Positions 37,614-52,422 of a stretch of DNA of 64,000 bases are shown here, piece after piece. Within the stretch, counting starts at the first letter, position 1; every line of letters begins with the position of its first letter. The stretch comes from Eledone cirrhosa (Eukaryota): the NCBI GenBank assembly GCA_964016885.1, contig OZ024746.1, positions 35,216,001 to 35,280,000 of the forward strand. Direction: 5' to 3'. The notes under the pieces are model-generated. The model was not told the origin of the DNA and did not search any database. It saw only the letters and a program-made list of their open reading frames with translations. Both the position numbers and the translations under genes were made by a program.

Positions 37614-38837
37614 TATATATATATATATATTAATATACTTCTAATTATATGTGTTTGTATGTGTGTCTGTCTGTGTATATGCGTCTGCATGTGAGTGTGT
37701 CTGTATGTGTCTGTGTGTGTGTGTGTGTGCGTCTGTTTTAGCAAGCTTTTAAATGTAATATTAATGTGTTCATATAAAAGACAAGTTAAATTTTGTAACA
37801 CTATAGCACTAATCAACATCAAAATTTGCTCCCAGCGTTTGTTCTGTTTTTAATAGATTCTATGTTCTCTTCAAAATGTCTCATTAAAAGAAAAAAGTTC
37901 AGAATGTTTGCAATCTTTTTTCTATTGGAACTGAATAGCTTCTGGTAAATTATTTACTAACATATCGCAAATATGTCAGTAAACCTTGAACTTTGTTTTG
38001 TTAAGATTAATATCCCTAACGTTAATAATTTGGGGATGCTTCGCTTTAGGTACATAAAATGATAACAGAAATGAAAGAAATGAATATAGAAAATGAAAAT
38101 AGATTGGACCTGTAATGGCTGCCATTTGAAATTTTTAAATCGTGAAGCGGAAGACTATATTTTAACATTTCTTCTGAATGAGTTTTTTTTTATTCTTCTG
38201 ATACCAATCATTAACAGACTTTTAGCAGTCTTTACATCCCGCCAATAAATTATCTTTACAAGGAGTAGCAATCGGAGAGGAGTCCCAGAAAAGAAATATA
38301 ATCTTACCTAACGCTGCGAAAAGGCATGCATATTTCATTCAGTTACATATCTTGTTAAGTGTAATTCACTTACATTTTATCATCTGTCCACTTATATACA
38401 TAAAAAGTAACGTATCTAACTAGTTTATTCGTCGTACATAGCTAGTACACTTCTGTTCTATCTATCAAACATATAACAGAATTACTTATGTAGCAGGGAA
38501 AGTGAATGAGTAGACAGTTTTACAGTGTACATCGAAAAATAACATCTAATAATATTTACAAAATATAACAAGTTATTATAACGGTATGATTGGCCCTTGT
38601 GGCCAATAAATGAAATCATTATAATGGTATGATTGTTTGTTTTTGTTTTTGTTTTTTTTTTGTTTTGTTTTAAATGGCCATCTTGTGTATTCTATGATGT
38701 TACTGATTCAATTCCTTCAGCTGTACACAGACATTAAAATAACTACTGGGGCACTGCCTTAAACCTTTTCATTTTTTAATGTCTAATGTCTGAAATTCCT
38801 TGTTCCCCTCAAAACGATGACAGTGATATAATATATA

Positions 38838-38950
38838 TTTTCTGAGGAAGACGGTGAGATAAATCTAGAATATGTGGTGGAATAATACTATCAGTTTCTC
38901 AATATATCTATTTGTGGTGATTAATCTAGCTTGAGAAACGATCGTAAACG
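38838..38950 (+). ncRNA. Weak hammerhead-like motif with large stem II insertion
   Basis: uu-CUGAGGA-(~86 nt)-GAAA-cgaucg-UA-aa. Palindromic stem III, but very short stem I and unclear stem II. Confidence 0.3.
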
Positions 38951-39008
38951 ATCGTAAACAATAAACTAATTCAATCAATCAATCTTCGATTTTGTATTAT
39001 TTTCAATG

Positions 39009-39119
<111 letters not shown>

Positions 39120-40072
39120 TTCCGGAGCTTGGTTATAGGCTATATATGGCTCCGGAGCTTGGTTACAAACAACAATGGAATCTTTTATGATGAAAGCCTA
39201 CAACAAAAATAATAAGTCTCATGAACGGATCTCGCTGGAATTATTTGTTCAAGACTACATAGAATTCTAACAACGATATTCACACTATCAGTAATAGGAA
39301 GATAACACTATATACTCGTATGGTGGCCCTAATATCAACGGCATTCTAAATAGCATCCTTCTGTACTTGTCAGTGTATCGAAGATTTTTCAAATTCCTTC
39401 CACTTTTAGAGATGATATAGTGTGAATTAAGGAAGATTCGTGTTGTTTCAAATATATGGAATTACTACAAAACCTTTCCTTGGTGCCATGTGATATTCCC
39501 TGGTTGTCCCGAAATTTATCCAGCTATTACTTCTTCTCACAAACATCGGACGGATGTTGAACATTAGTACAAAAGCCTATTTTGGTGGCGTTAAGTAGCT
39601 GACGAATTATATTGTTGAACTACAATAGTACACTGAAAATGGCAGAGCATGTTTTAAAAAGATTAATTTAAAGATACACGCAGGAGTTTTGTAACAATGG
39701 ATATTAGAATAGTCTATCATGTTCATGTTAAGTGGCAGTGGAAGTACCCTGTGGAGAAAGGATTGTACATTTGAAATGTATATTATTGCATGGGAGTTAT
39801 ACGGCCTTGACAGTATGTATCTTGCTTTTTCAGTCACACACTGATGCTTTTAATGTCTAATATACTGTACATTGAAATATTTGAAAATATTTCAGAACCT
39901 TCTTAGCCATTACAGTTCGATAGCACGTATCTACTATATATGAATATACAATTAAAACGTATAGGAAGACTGTGAAATTGACTACAAATGTTAATGTCTT
40001 TACCCAAACGTGCCTGGGGAAATTTCTAAGAATGCTGTGCATGTTTTACCTTCATTATATGAGACAAAAATA

Positions 40073-40262
40073 GGGCGGTGAATTGGCAGTATCGGTAGAG
40101 GGTCGGACGCCATGCTTTCTAGCATAGTTACGTCCCTTTACGATCTGAGTTCAAATCCCGCCGAGGTTAACTTTGCCTTTCATCCTTACGGGGTCGATAA
40201 AATAAAGTACCAGTAATGCACTGGGTAATTGCTGGCCTTGTGCCTAAAGTAGAAACAATTAT
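40073..40262 (+). mobile_element. Major tRNA-derived SINE, full length (best representative)
   Basis: gggcggtgaattggcagtatcggtagag (A box)...gagttcaaatcccgcc (B box)...aagtagaaacaattat. Confidence 0.92.
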
Positions 40263-42709
40263 ATAAGACGAAAATACGTCTAAAGAAAGCAAGTTAGCCA
40301 AATGAAAATTAAAATTGACCTTTTTTGGAGTAAGCCAGATGTTCACTATTGAGATAAGCACCAACAGAAGAAGGGGAATGTGGGAAGGCTGCGAGTACCA
40401 TGACTATTAGCCTTTCAGGGGATCTGAAGGCTTTCAATTTACATTGGAAAACATAGTAAATAACGCAACCGACCAGGAGCACTAAAAAACTGTACGGCCC
40501 ATTGAGCAAGGTGGACTAAATACTAACAAAAGCCCGCTCAAAATTCCTAATGATATCATACTCATGTTTTATAATACGTTGATGCACAGACGAACTAGCA
40601 GTAAGGGAAGAATATAAAGCTCAAGAAGTGAGAGTGTCAGCAACACCATGGGTTAGATAGGTGCAATATAGCGGCGAATGATCAGAAAAATATAAAAAAG
40701 TGAGGAAATTGTATCATTGTATCTCTTGTTATACATCTACCACCTCCCTATGTTATGAGTTTTGATTAATAGTATTTCTTACTCCAGAGATTTTCATTCT
40801 TTCTTCAATCCACGGTACAGTGAATAAGTCGATAACAATGTTACGGTTCATCAAATGTCCTCTGTACTTTTGATGAAATGAAAACAAATCAGTATTGACA
40901 ATGTTTGAAAAGAGATGGGCGCACATATTGCATTTTCCGTTACTGAATACATATGCACCTGTGCAGTACAATAGAACCCCTAACATGTCTAATACCCCTG
41001 GCATAATCTGACACATCTCGTAGCATTTATGTTTATTCAGAAATGATGGGTGAAAATGTATTTTTTTAGTAAGAAAAGCCAATTTGAAACAGTCAACAGA
41101 AAATATTCTATATTTATGAGTACAAACACGAATTCTCCTTTCAAATAGAGTAACGTAGATACATGACGACCTCGAATTAAGGTGGATGTATAGTCATTTA
41201 GAACTAGCGCGTTCTCAACTGGTAATTATTTTATAAACACCGGATGGGTGATAGTCAAAATCGACCTCAGTAGTTCGTCATTTCGTAATCGATAAAATAA
41301 GCACCGGTTTATTAATGGATATATATTAAGATACAATTTGATATTCTGTACAAAAATGTCCGTTCAATCAGTCGGTATTATTCGACCGAACAAGATTCCT
41401 AGAAATCATTATTATCCCGATATGCTCTCAGAGACATTTCAAATTAACTTGCAATAACCTTAAGAACTCGTCAAGTTAATATTTTCACGTCTTTCATTTA
41501 AGTCTTATACTTGCCAAAGTTAACGACTCTAATTACATATACATTAAACACGACAAAATAAACGGATATACATTAACATTCCTGTTCTTTGAAACCCAAT
41601 GAAAGATTGTATCAGGAAACCTTTTCCAACCCTACTAATTTCATACCCCCTTCACCAATCATTGTTCTCATATGAAATTTACAAGTTCTATCGTAGATTT
41701 CAAGAAAAACAGTCATATCTTTATACTCACGGTTCTTTCATTTAATGTATGTTGTTCTGTCAATTCAACTTTCAACTCACTAGCTAATCAATCAGCCACT
41801 GAACGTCATCAATCAATCCTATGGCAGAATCTCAATGGAGACATAACTGACATTAGCACTTATCAGCAAACAAATACTCACACGCTAGCACACACCCATA
41901 TACACGAAACACATAAACAGAGACAAATACCCAACTCAAACGCACAAACATAGGCACACATACAGAAAGACAGGCATGCATAAAAATACATATATACATA
42001 TATACACAAGCATACATACAAGCATACATACATTAATGCATACATACAAGCATACATACGTGCATACATACATTAATACATACATACATATATACATGTT
42101 GAAAATTGGGATTAGTAAATGAACCAGACCAAGTACCTAATTCATTTACCAGCCTAATGTTCAATACTTTTCGACATACGAGTATCTCATTTAAACATAT
42201 GTGAGGGTGTGTTTGTGTGTGTGTGTGTGTGTTTATGTGTGTGTCAATGTATGTGTGTCTATGTGTGTGTCTATGCGTGTGTGTTTATGTGTGTGTGTAG
42301 TAGAAATTTAGATCGATATAGAATAATTTCAACCTCGTTGTTCCACAATTGCTCAATTAAAACAGGTGCGAAAAAAATTCATCAGAGTCTACACTTAAAC
42401 GATAATTATTTTCAAAAACATCAATAAGCAACTATGATATAAGATAAAAACAAGCTGAAAAATAGAGATACCATGAATTTTAACAGTTGAAGAGATAAAC
42501 GTAATATACTTACAATACTAAATCGCCTAAGTAAATTGTCTAAATTTCCCAGTTTAGAGCCATCGATATAACTACTAATACCAGTTATTATAATTTGATA
42601 ATTAGCAAACTAAAATATCAGCTATACACAAGATAATACAAGCCTAGAACTGAACTATATATACAGTATATATATATGTAGTAATAAACACAGTAACTCG
42701 TGTGACTAT

Positions 42710-42859
42710 ATAATTGTTTCTACAATAGGCACAAGGCCAGCAATTATCCCACTGTATTACAGGTACTTTATTTTATCGACCCCCGTTAGGATGGAAGACA
42801 AAGTTAACCTCGACGGGATTTGAACTCAGAATGATAAGGGCCGTAACTCTATGCGTCAA
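42710..42859 (-). mobile_element. Major SINE, 5'-truncated
   Basis: Reverse complement of the SINE body and tail. Confidence 0.85.
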
Positions 42860-42894
42860 TCGTGTGTCTATATAATGCTCAGTATTTATACTTT

Positions 42895-43080
42895 GAGCGG
42901 TGGATTGGCAGTATCGGTAGAGGGTCGGACGCCATGCTTTCCAGCATAGTTACGTCCCTTTACGATCTGAGTTCAAATCCCGCCGAGGTTGACTTTGCCT
43001 TTCATCCTTACGGGCTCGATAAAATAAAGTACCAGTAATGCGCTGGTTAATTGCTGGCCTTGTGCCTAAAGTAGAAACAA
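42895..43080 (+). mobile_element. Major SINE, full length
   Basis: Near-identical to 40073-40262. Confidence 0.9.
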
Positions 43081-43241
43081 GTATTTATACTTTGAGCTTG
43101 TTAATTACAGGGTATCAATATGGGTTATTAACTCTGCCTTTTATTTGTATATATATATATATATATGTGTGTATGTGTATGTGTGTATATATATATATAT
43201 ATATACATACTCGTCGCCTCAAACCTTTTCTATTTATGTTT

Positions 43242-43313
<72 letters not shown>

Positions 43314-46300
43314 ATTTATGTGTATGTATGTGTGTGTGTATGTGCGTGTGTGCGTGCATGTTTTTTTTCAAATCCTCATGTGAAACCTCCCAAAGGCAGT
43401 GCTGGTTTCAGTTAGCCCTTTGTCCAATACCTTGTCGATTCCTGTGTCACTGGAAATGACACTCCCAGCGTAGCACATGCGTTTGATGTATATATGTGTG
43501 TGTTAGTGAGTGAGTGTGTGTTTGTGATACAGAATTTTAGACAATCAATATCTGATGTCCCGGATTATGTATATCAAACCCCTTATTTTTTACCGTCTGA
43601 TTTTGACGTGTGAGACTTATGTAAGACATCTGACGTATAAGAATGTCCTGATAATTTTATACGAATGAAACAGTTCTGTTCCTGTAGACGTCATTTCTAT
43701 ATACGATAAATATGCTTATTCCCTACTAACGTATTGAGTACCCTATATAACCGTGCTTATTTTCCGATTCCTGTTGGGATGCCATCAATAATCACCAATG
43801 ATTCAAAAGTCCGACTTGTCGTGCCAGAACAGCCGCTTTCAAACTAATTGTTAGAAGCTGACTCTATTTGTCGCTACTATAAGTCTTATACTTTTGTGCA
43901 TACCTTCAGGCTACAAAGAGATTATTCCACTCTTTTCTTGATTCTCCTTACAAGTTTGTATTACTTTGCAAGACGTGTTTACTACACACGCGAACGCGTG
44001 CTCTCATACACCATATTTCCACACAGTCACACGTCCACACATATATTTACTCTACACTCAAATCTATTTGCTCCAGGGCACACTCATATACATACAGAAA
44101 ATTTACTATCCAGTCACCCATCACCAATCCCACTTTGTCTATCTACACACCCACTCATTCCATGAACCAACTTGTTTTATACTTCTAAAGTACCTAAATT
44201 CTCATCCATCACGCCACCACCAGTACTCCAAAACATACAACATACAGCTCTTTCTCCCTACCTTTGTTCCTCACATTATTTTCTCGCCATTCCTTAAACT
44301 CAAACTCTTACTATTGCTACTAGCACGCATCTGTACACACAGACACTCTCAAACAAAGAGGCGCAAGCATATACAAACACACAAACAAGCACACGCACAA
44401 ATTAGTATACATATGTACAAGAAACACAACCAATTACACAACACAAACACACACACAAACACACACACACATACACACACACATACACACACAGATACAT
44501 ACACATAGGCACAATCACGCAGAAATTCAAAGGCACCTTACTTTTTATACCCTACACACCAACTCGCTGGCATACACACACACATACACACACACGTATA
44601 TATATATATATATATACATATACATCCATCGTACAGCACCACACATATGCAAGCACTCAAACAGACACAGATACACGTACACAAACATACACACATACCC
44701 AGAGACTCAATCATGTGCACATATTATTGCACCGTTTCTACTTCGTTGATGCCACACCGCCACCAATTCCCAGCAGAGCCCCACCCACCACATTCAATAG
44801 TTTGATGGGTTATTTTATTCTGTTTTATATATTTATTTTTGTGTATTATCGATTAATAGTGTTTTCCCCTTCAGCTAGAAATATCGATCAGTCTCTCCTT
44901 AATTTCATTGCATTCCCTCTGTTCCCTCTCCGCTTTCCTTACACTCTCTCTTCTCTTCAATTTCTTTATTATACACTTACACACACGAATTCAAACACAA
45001 ACAGCTATCCACAGCTTTCACCATCTTCCCAACTCAAATCGCAGACACAAACACACAGGCACACACGCACAAACACACACGCAAACACACACTTATATGC
45101 CTATTCCTTTTACCTTTGATTCCTTTTGTTGGCATTCTACCCATGTGTATATCTACCTATATACTTATCCAACTGACTATATATGTCTACTAGTCCATAT
45201 ATAGCACAGTATCTATCTATATTTTTCATGTAGTTTCAATCTACCGATTTCTACATTTCCATATCTCTATATTTTGTCTATCAAGATAACTACGTTGTTG
45301 ACAGCGGTTCAGATTTTCGTTAGTTGTAGTTTATTCAAACTCTCACTTTGAATAACCCTTCACTGACAGAATGTCAAAGTGACTGTCAACAAAATTATGA
45401 TAAATATTCGACGCTACAAATGCCTTGACTCTTCATTTATACAATGACCATTATTTTCCTGTAGTTAAAACACTTACTTTTAAAACTATATATGTTGAGA
45501 GAGAAAATGAAAAGATTGGGTGAAAAGGAATAGTGTTGTGTCAACGTGTAGGAAAAGGATAATACACAGAGAGAAATATAATGAGATATGGTGGAAGCAT
45601 TTCAGAATTGAGGGTGCCAGATTTGGTCAATGTTGTTGTAGTAATTATTTTAGCTGTTATTATCAAATATCAACGAAGATATAAAAAAAAAAAACTTCGA
45701 TATGCGATAAACATGCTATATACGTAGATGTTAGCGATTGTACACATAGGTGTGTGTTTTGGTAATTTGGGGAGAAAAATATAATTATTGGGGGAGCCAT
45801 GACCCACCCCCATTTCCACAAGCCATGTATGTAGGGTAAATAATAAGAATGCGAGAGGAAAGTAGTAAAGTGAGTGAAGAGTGACATGTATAGAGCATTT
45901 AATTATGCAAAGGATGAGATGACCAGCGAGAGTTTCCGAAGTAACGAAAAACGTGAATGGGATAGTTGAGTGAATATTTCGTGATAGGACATAGTAACGG
46001 GTTGTATGACTATGGTTCTATCGAAAATCGTTACTTTCTAGTAAATGTTCAAGTCAGTCATTGTTCTTTAAAATATTTTAGTTAGCGTTAATTTTGTTTT
46101 GTTAGTAAATATATAATCATTCAACTGAATGAATTTTGTGTTTTTCTTTTTTTAATATAGTTTCAAAAATATATGATTATTTACAATAAGTTATTTTTCT
46201 TAAACTTATGTTTTGAAAAATATAATATTTAAAAAATCTTTTTTCAAATATATACTTTCAAAGTTTAATTCATATCAATTTGTAAAAAAATTACGTTTAG

Positions 46301-48518
46301 AATTATGATCTTAAAAATATAATCGCTTTCTATAGAATATTTCATAAATGTCATGGAATCGTATGTGAGTTCGTATTGATTAAGAAAAAATATTATAGCT
46401 CTGATTTATTTTCCATTTTAAATATAGTTGAGGGTAGGTTTCAAACGTAGTAACTTAGCATTGTTCTTCCTCTTCATTTAGGTTGGGTTCAGTTGTATTT
46501 CTTTTTAATTATGAAAAATGTGTGTGTCTGTCTGTTCAGAATTATTCAATAAAAGTTTATATTAACATACTGGAGGTTGCATGGGAACATGGTGAACATT
46601 TTTTTTTTTTTTTCGAAAAGAAGGTTTAAAATAAGTTTCTTTATCCATATAGAAATTTAAAATTATCAGTAAATTCAGAACATATATATAAATATATAAC
46701 TCCGCTTGACTTACAAAGCTTGTCACAATGCATATAACGTTAATAATAGTTGAATAGATAGAGTCGTGTAGGCCTGGTGATGTATGCATAGTGGCGATGA
46801 CATGTTTAAATCTAAATTTATGTAGATATATGTAGATTTATGAATAAACATATCGATGCACACACACACATGCACACAGACATAGACACACAGACACACA
46901 AACACATAAAAATATATATATATAAATATATATATATGTGTGTGTGTGTGTGTATGTGTGTGTGTGTGTGTGAATGTGTGTGTGTGTGAATGGGTGTGTG
47001 TGTGTGTGTGTGAGGTGAGTTTTTTTGTTAACTTATTGAAACGTCACGTATTGGAACATATTGTTATATTTTGGAAGCATCTTGCTGCCAATAAAAACTC
47101 ACACATCAGTTGAGATTCACTTCGATATTATGAATAATTAGGTAAATAATCCGTACATCAGATACTTTAGTAACGGTATGGTCATTTGTCATATTTGTTC
47201 ATCAAAGCTCTTTCACCATCCATTCTGTATTCAGCTCAGTGAATGCACTGTCTTCTCATCGTTTTCATTTTCTTCTTTTTTAACTCCATCTTGACTTCCA
47301 TTCACTATAATCTATTCCTTTACCACGCCCTCTCTATAAACCTTACTTTCAATATCCTCTAACTCAATACCATTTCTGTTAATTAGAAAGATGAAAGAGT
47401 GGTTAAATAGTATCCGTGAGCTTTTCAGTAGTATTCTTCATTTATTCTGCACCAAGTATAGAATATATTTCAATCACTTTTGTCCATTTGTATTTATCAC
47501 TATCTTCTCGTAAATAAATCTTGATATCTCACCATCGGCATGCATCTACTGAGATGATGTGTTTCGGAAAGAAAAAGTATTACAACTTACTCCCCTTGTG
47601 TGTACTCGGAGAGTAGCCATAGAACAACAAAGAACATTTCACTCTATTACATGAGGATTATTTGTGAATAAATGTGTTTAAATCCCTAGGTATGGGCCCT
47701 ATTGATTTGTAGTAAAATTATGCATTTTGTATAGATATTTCAATTAGATGAAAAGGAAATAAAATACGAAGATAAAGGAAATATATTAGAAGGTTTAAAG
47801 AAGAGAAGCACATATTCAACATTTTGCATCCATGCTATTGCTTCTCAGATCTGCATTAAGACAATATATTATTAAAAGTAAAAATATCACTTAATTACAA
47901 GGGGACTTATATTTCGCGACTGACTACAATTGTGGGATGATAGTTACTCAATTATATTAAATACTTTTATAAGTAACAGTTACATGAATTTATAAGGATT
48001 TATAGATTAATATAAGTATGTATGTGTATGTGCGCATGTGTTTGTGTGTGTGAGTATGCAGGCGTGCATTGGAGGGTATGTGCATGTGTGTGTCTGTGCG
48101 GGGGAATATTTGTATGCCTGCTTATATTCATCCTTTCATACATACATTATAAAAAAAGTATTAATAAATTTCAGCCTACTGGAATTCTTTAATCCGAATT
48201 GAAATGTCAATGCACACGTATTTCATCATTTTTTTAAATGTAATTATTGTTCGAGTTATTGTATCTTATATGTAATAATGTTCAGTTGACCTTATTTACT
48301 GAAAACAAAAAAAAATGAAATGTAATTCAATAGTATACAGCCGCCCTTAGTTGTCTATTTACCTTTTGTATTTCAATATATTAGAAATTTACTTCTGTAT
48401 ATTTACTACACATTTGTATGCATATGGGCGTATGATATAGAAAGAAAAGTAAAGTGAAAGACAGTGTCGAGAAGAGAAGATATTCTATTTCTCATCTGCA
48501 TATCTCTTTTTAACATTA

Positions 48519-48555
<37 letters not shown>

Positions 48556-48662
48556 TAACAGATTAAAGTGTAAGCAAAGAATCGCTGCTTTCACCCTATA
48601 TATACATCTCTTTCTTTCTATATATATATATAGAGAGAGAGAGAGAGAAAGAGATAGAGAGA

Positions 48663-48708
<46 letters not shown>

Positions 48709-48715
48709 TCTCCTG

Positions 48716-48789
<74 letters not shown>

Positions 48790-49224
48790 TATATATGCAC
48801 GATATACACTCAGACACGCAGAAATGTCTTTATATGCTCACACACATAGGTGCGTGTGTCTGTGTGTAAAAAAGTTGTAGGAGCTGAAAGAAACGACAAA
48901 AAAAAAAACAGAACTGAAAAGATACAATAAATACTGAAAGATTTTGATCATAGCAAAAAAGAAATTGGCAAGAAATGAAAGAAGATATTTTTTTTTTCAT
49001 CATCATACCATATAGCAAAGAAAAAGCAAGTAAACAGATTGGTAGATTCCTGGAAGGCCTCAGGAAATATTTTAGTACTAAAGTGCAGTGATAAAGTTCA
49101 CAAAGTTGATGAGATGTTGATGGGGAATTCAGATGATGAAGATGGCACTGTGATTCCATTGTTGTGTCCTATATTCGCTAGAGATTTGCTATATCATTTC
49201 AGAAGTGCAAGAAATGCATTTTGC

Positions 49225-50123
<899 letters not shown>

Positions 50124-50124
50124 T

Positions 50125-50363
50125 AATAGGTAAATATACACGGGTGTGTATGATTGTGTATAGAAGATTATATTAATAAGAGGAATTCCAACTTTGCCTG
50201 ATTTACTCGTTTTATTTACAATCCTTTAAAATATATAATGGTATTATAATGAAATAGTATGATAGAGTATTAAATTCTAAGTGTTAATTGAACAAGTACT
50301 TTCATGCTTTCGCAATCTTCAGGTTCATAATATGTGGTGACAGTCAAGTTTGCAATTTTCAAC
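50125..50363 (-). mobile_element. Second copy of the hammerhead-bearing island at 28143-28379 (no fold-back arm)
   Basis: Reverse complement of 28143-28379 including the unique extension. It stops at the same ...ttttcaac point. Confidence 0.9.
50289..50327 (-). ncRNA. Minimal type I hammerhead, identical to 28179-28217
   Basis: Plus strand reads tgaacaagtactttcatgctttcgcaatcttcaggttca. Confidence 0.75.
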
Positions 50364-50399
50364 CTCAAATTTTCAACTGCAATTTTCAACTGCAAATTT

Positions 50400-50831
50400 T
50401 CCTCTGTGAATAGTGATTAACGTTCAGAGTCATCCTCGGCATTCTAGTGTACCACCCATCAACCGTTTGGGTGAGTTTCTTGGTCATTGTCCAAGTCTCA
50501 GACCCGTACAGTAGTACAGACTCCAGTGTAGCAACGAAAAGACGGATCTTCAGATCTTTACGAAGGTTCGACTTCCACACCGATCTCAAACTGTGACACG
50601 CCACCCATCCTTTGTTCTTCCTCTCAATCACATCATCTTCTGTGTTCCCAATCTTGCTTCCAGATACAGGAAGTCGTCCACCAAATCTACATTCATAATC
50701 TTCTCTGGCTTCTTAATGTTCTCTACCAGATACTCCGTCTTAATCTCATTCATTCGCAGCGACACAGCCTCCCCCTTCTGCATCAACTCCTCTACCTCTT
50801 TCACTGCGTTTGTCATCAACAAATTCAGCAT
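50400..50831 (-). mobile_element. RTE-clade LINE, RT C-terminal fragment
   Basis: LRMNEIKTEY, VDDFLYL, LKIRLF...ESVLLYGSETWTMT...RM.RM.LNV. Confidence 0.85.
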
Positions 50832-50839
50832 CTGATATC

Positions 50840-51503
50840 TTTTTCGCCTTAACTCTCCTGCTCTGAGCCAATGCTACTCGAATAGCACCGGTAAGGTATT
50901 ATCAGCCATTGAAAAGAACCATGGAGAGTGTATTTAACAGCACTAGAGCTAGAACCTCTAACTACACTATCAATGAGCAGTCTGGTCGTTATGACTCTTC
51001 TGGTTTAGAGCCACAGGGATGTCCAGTAATAATGGATCAGCTGTCTCTACACTGTCAATGAGCAGTCTGGTCCTTATGACTCTGCTGGTGTAGGCTACAG
51101 GGAGGGCCAGTAATAATGGATCAGCTGTCTCTGAGACAAATATAATGAATACAGATTTGTCTTGCAGAAGAGCCATTAACATCGGCACTTTGAATGTGAG
51201 GACTATTATGACGCTGGAGAAGAGAGAGGAGTTGGGTCATCTGTTCGAGAAGAGTAGTATGCAGGTACTTGCGATCCAAGAACACACGATCCTACATGAT
51301 GAACCCGTGAAGAGAGTGGTGATTGGAAAGAGGAGCCACATCAGCAGTGAGGAACACAACTAATGCTGCAGTAGGAGGAGGGGTGTTGTCTTCAGTGCAG
51401 GAGCAAATCTATTAGTGAGGGAAATCATACATGTCTCCTCGCGAGTGTTGAGGGTGACCTCTATGGAAACCCAAGTCTGACAGTCATCTCAGCCTGTAGT
51501 CCA
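50840..51503 (+). mobile_element. RTE-clade LINE 5' part with AP-endonuclease N-terminus; 85-bp tandem duplication in the leader (~50962-51131)
   Basis: IGTLNVRT...VLAIQEH...NAAVGG...GNPSLTVISACSP. Confidence 0.8.
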
Positions 51504-51530
51504 TACATATATATATGTATATTTATATAC

Positions 51531-52422
51531 ATAATAACTAGAAATTGATTAACATATATATAAATAAATATAAACATGAATAATCACAGGAGATAATTTT
51601 TACAAGCGTGTAACCACGCATGGCTAGTAGGTAACAAATAAATAAAGTTAACTAGAATTTCAAAAATAGATACCTTTTAATGATTAATTTTCCCTGAATA
51701 TATTCCATTAAAGAAATATATTTCACCAATTAATCAGATGGTAAGTCACAGAAAGTGGATATTATTGGATTATCAACAAGGAAGAACAATGATCCAGCAA
51801 TCCATGTTTACACGTTGAGTCAAAATCCTCAACTGGCCGCTACCACGTGTTGTTTTTACACATCACAGCGGCTTCGTCTCAGTAGCGTGAATAGGTATTC
51901 GACAACTAGAAATAGCAGTCAATTCCTTTCAACAGAGTTAGCTCTACAATTAAGGAGCCGTATTTATATATCTATATTCAAAATTAAGATAAATTAAATG
52001 AATTTAATCCAAATCGAAATTGTGGGTGTCATGCCTTACGGCGTGCGCCATATCGCCCGGAAAATAAGCTCAAAGATTGTGTAGGTCCGAGCATTTTATA
52101 ATAACTAAAAATTGATTAACATATATATAAATAAATATAAACATGAATAATCACAGGAGATAATTTTTACAAGCGTCTAACCACGCATGGCTAGTAGGTA
52201 ACACATAAATAAAGTTAACTAGAACTTCAAAAATAGATACCTTTTAATGATTAATCATAAAATTTAATGATTAATTATAAAATGATTAATTATAAAATGC
52301 TCGGACCTACACAATCTTTGAGCTTATTTTCCGGGCGATATGGCGCACGCCGTTAAGGCATGACACCCACAATTTCGATTTGGATTAAATTCATTTAATT
52401 TATCTTAATTTTGGATATAGAT
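51531..52422. repeat. 567-bp unit with 158-bp terminal direct repeat plus a terminal inverted duplication, flanked by TA-rich tracts
   Basis: 51531-51688 repeats at 52098-52255. 52289-52422 is the reverse complement of ~51970-52101. Confidence 0.9.

Noticed and set aside
39595-39625. gtag-CTGACGA...GAA-ctac hammerhead-like string (similar partial hits at 11565, 26845, 52715, 54401, 55857, 60155)
   Set aside because: Each lacks GAAA, stem II or the stem III/cleavage triplet, so chance or unresolvable decay cannot be excluded.
40073-40165. tRNA gene
   Set aside because: A and B boxes belong to a multi-copy SINE head, the spacing is too long, and no cloverleaf forms.
40753-41082. 109-aa minus-strand ORF
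   Set aside because: No recognisable domain or splice context; the length is compatible with chance.
42315-42395. Minus-strand CUGAUGA...GAAA with a long stem II
   Set aside because: Stem I needs a 2-nt bulge next to the core and the cleavage triplet cannot be placed; too ambiguous to call.
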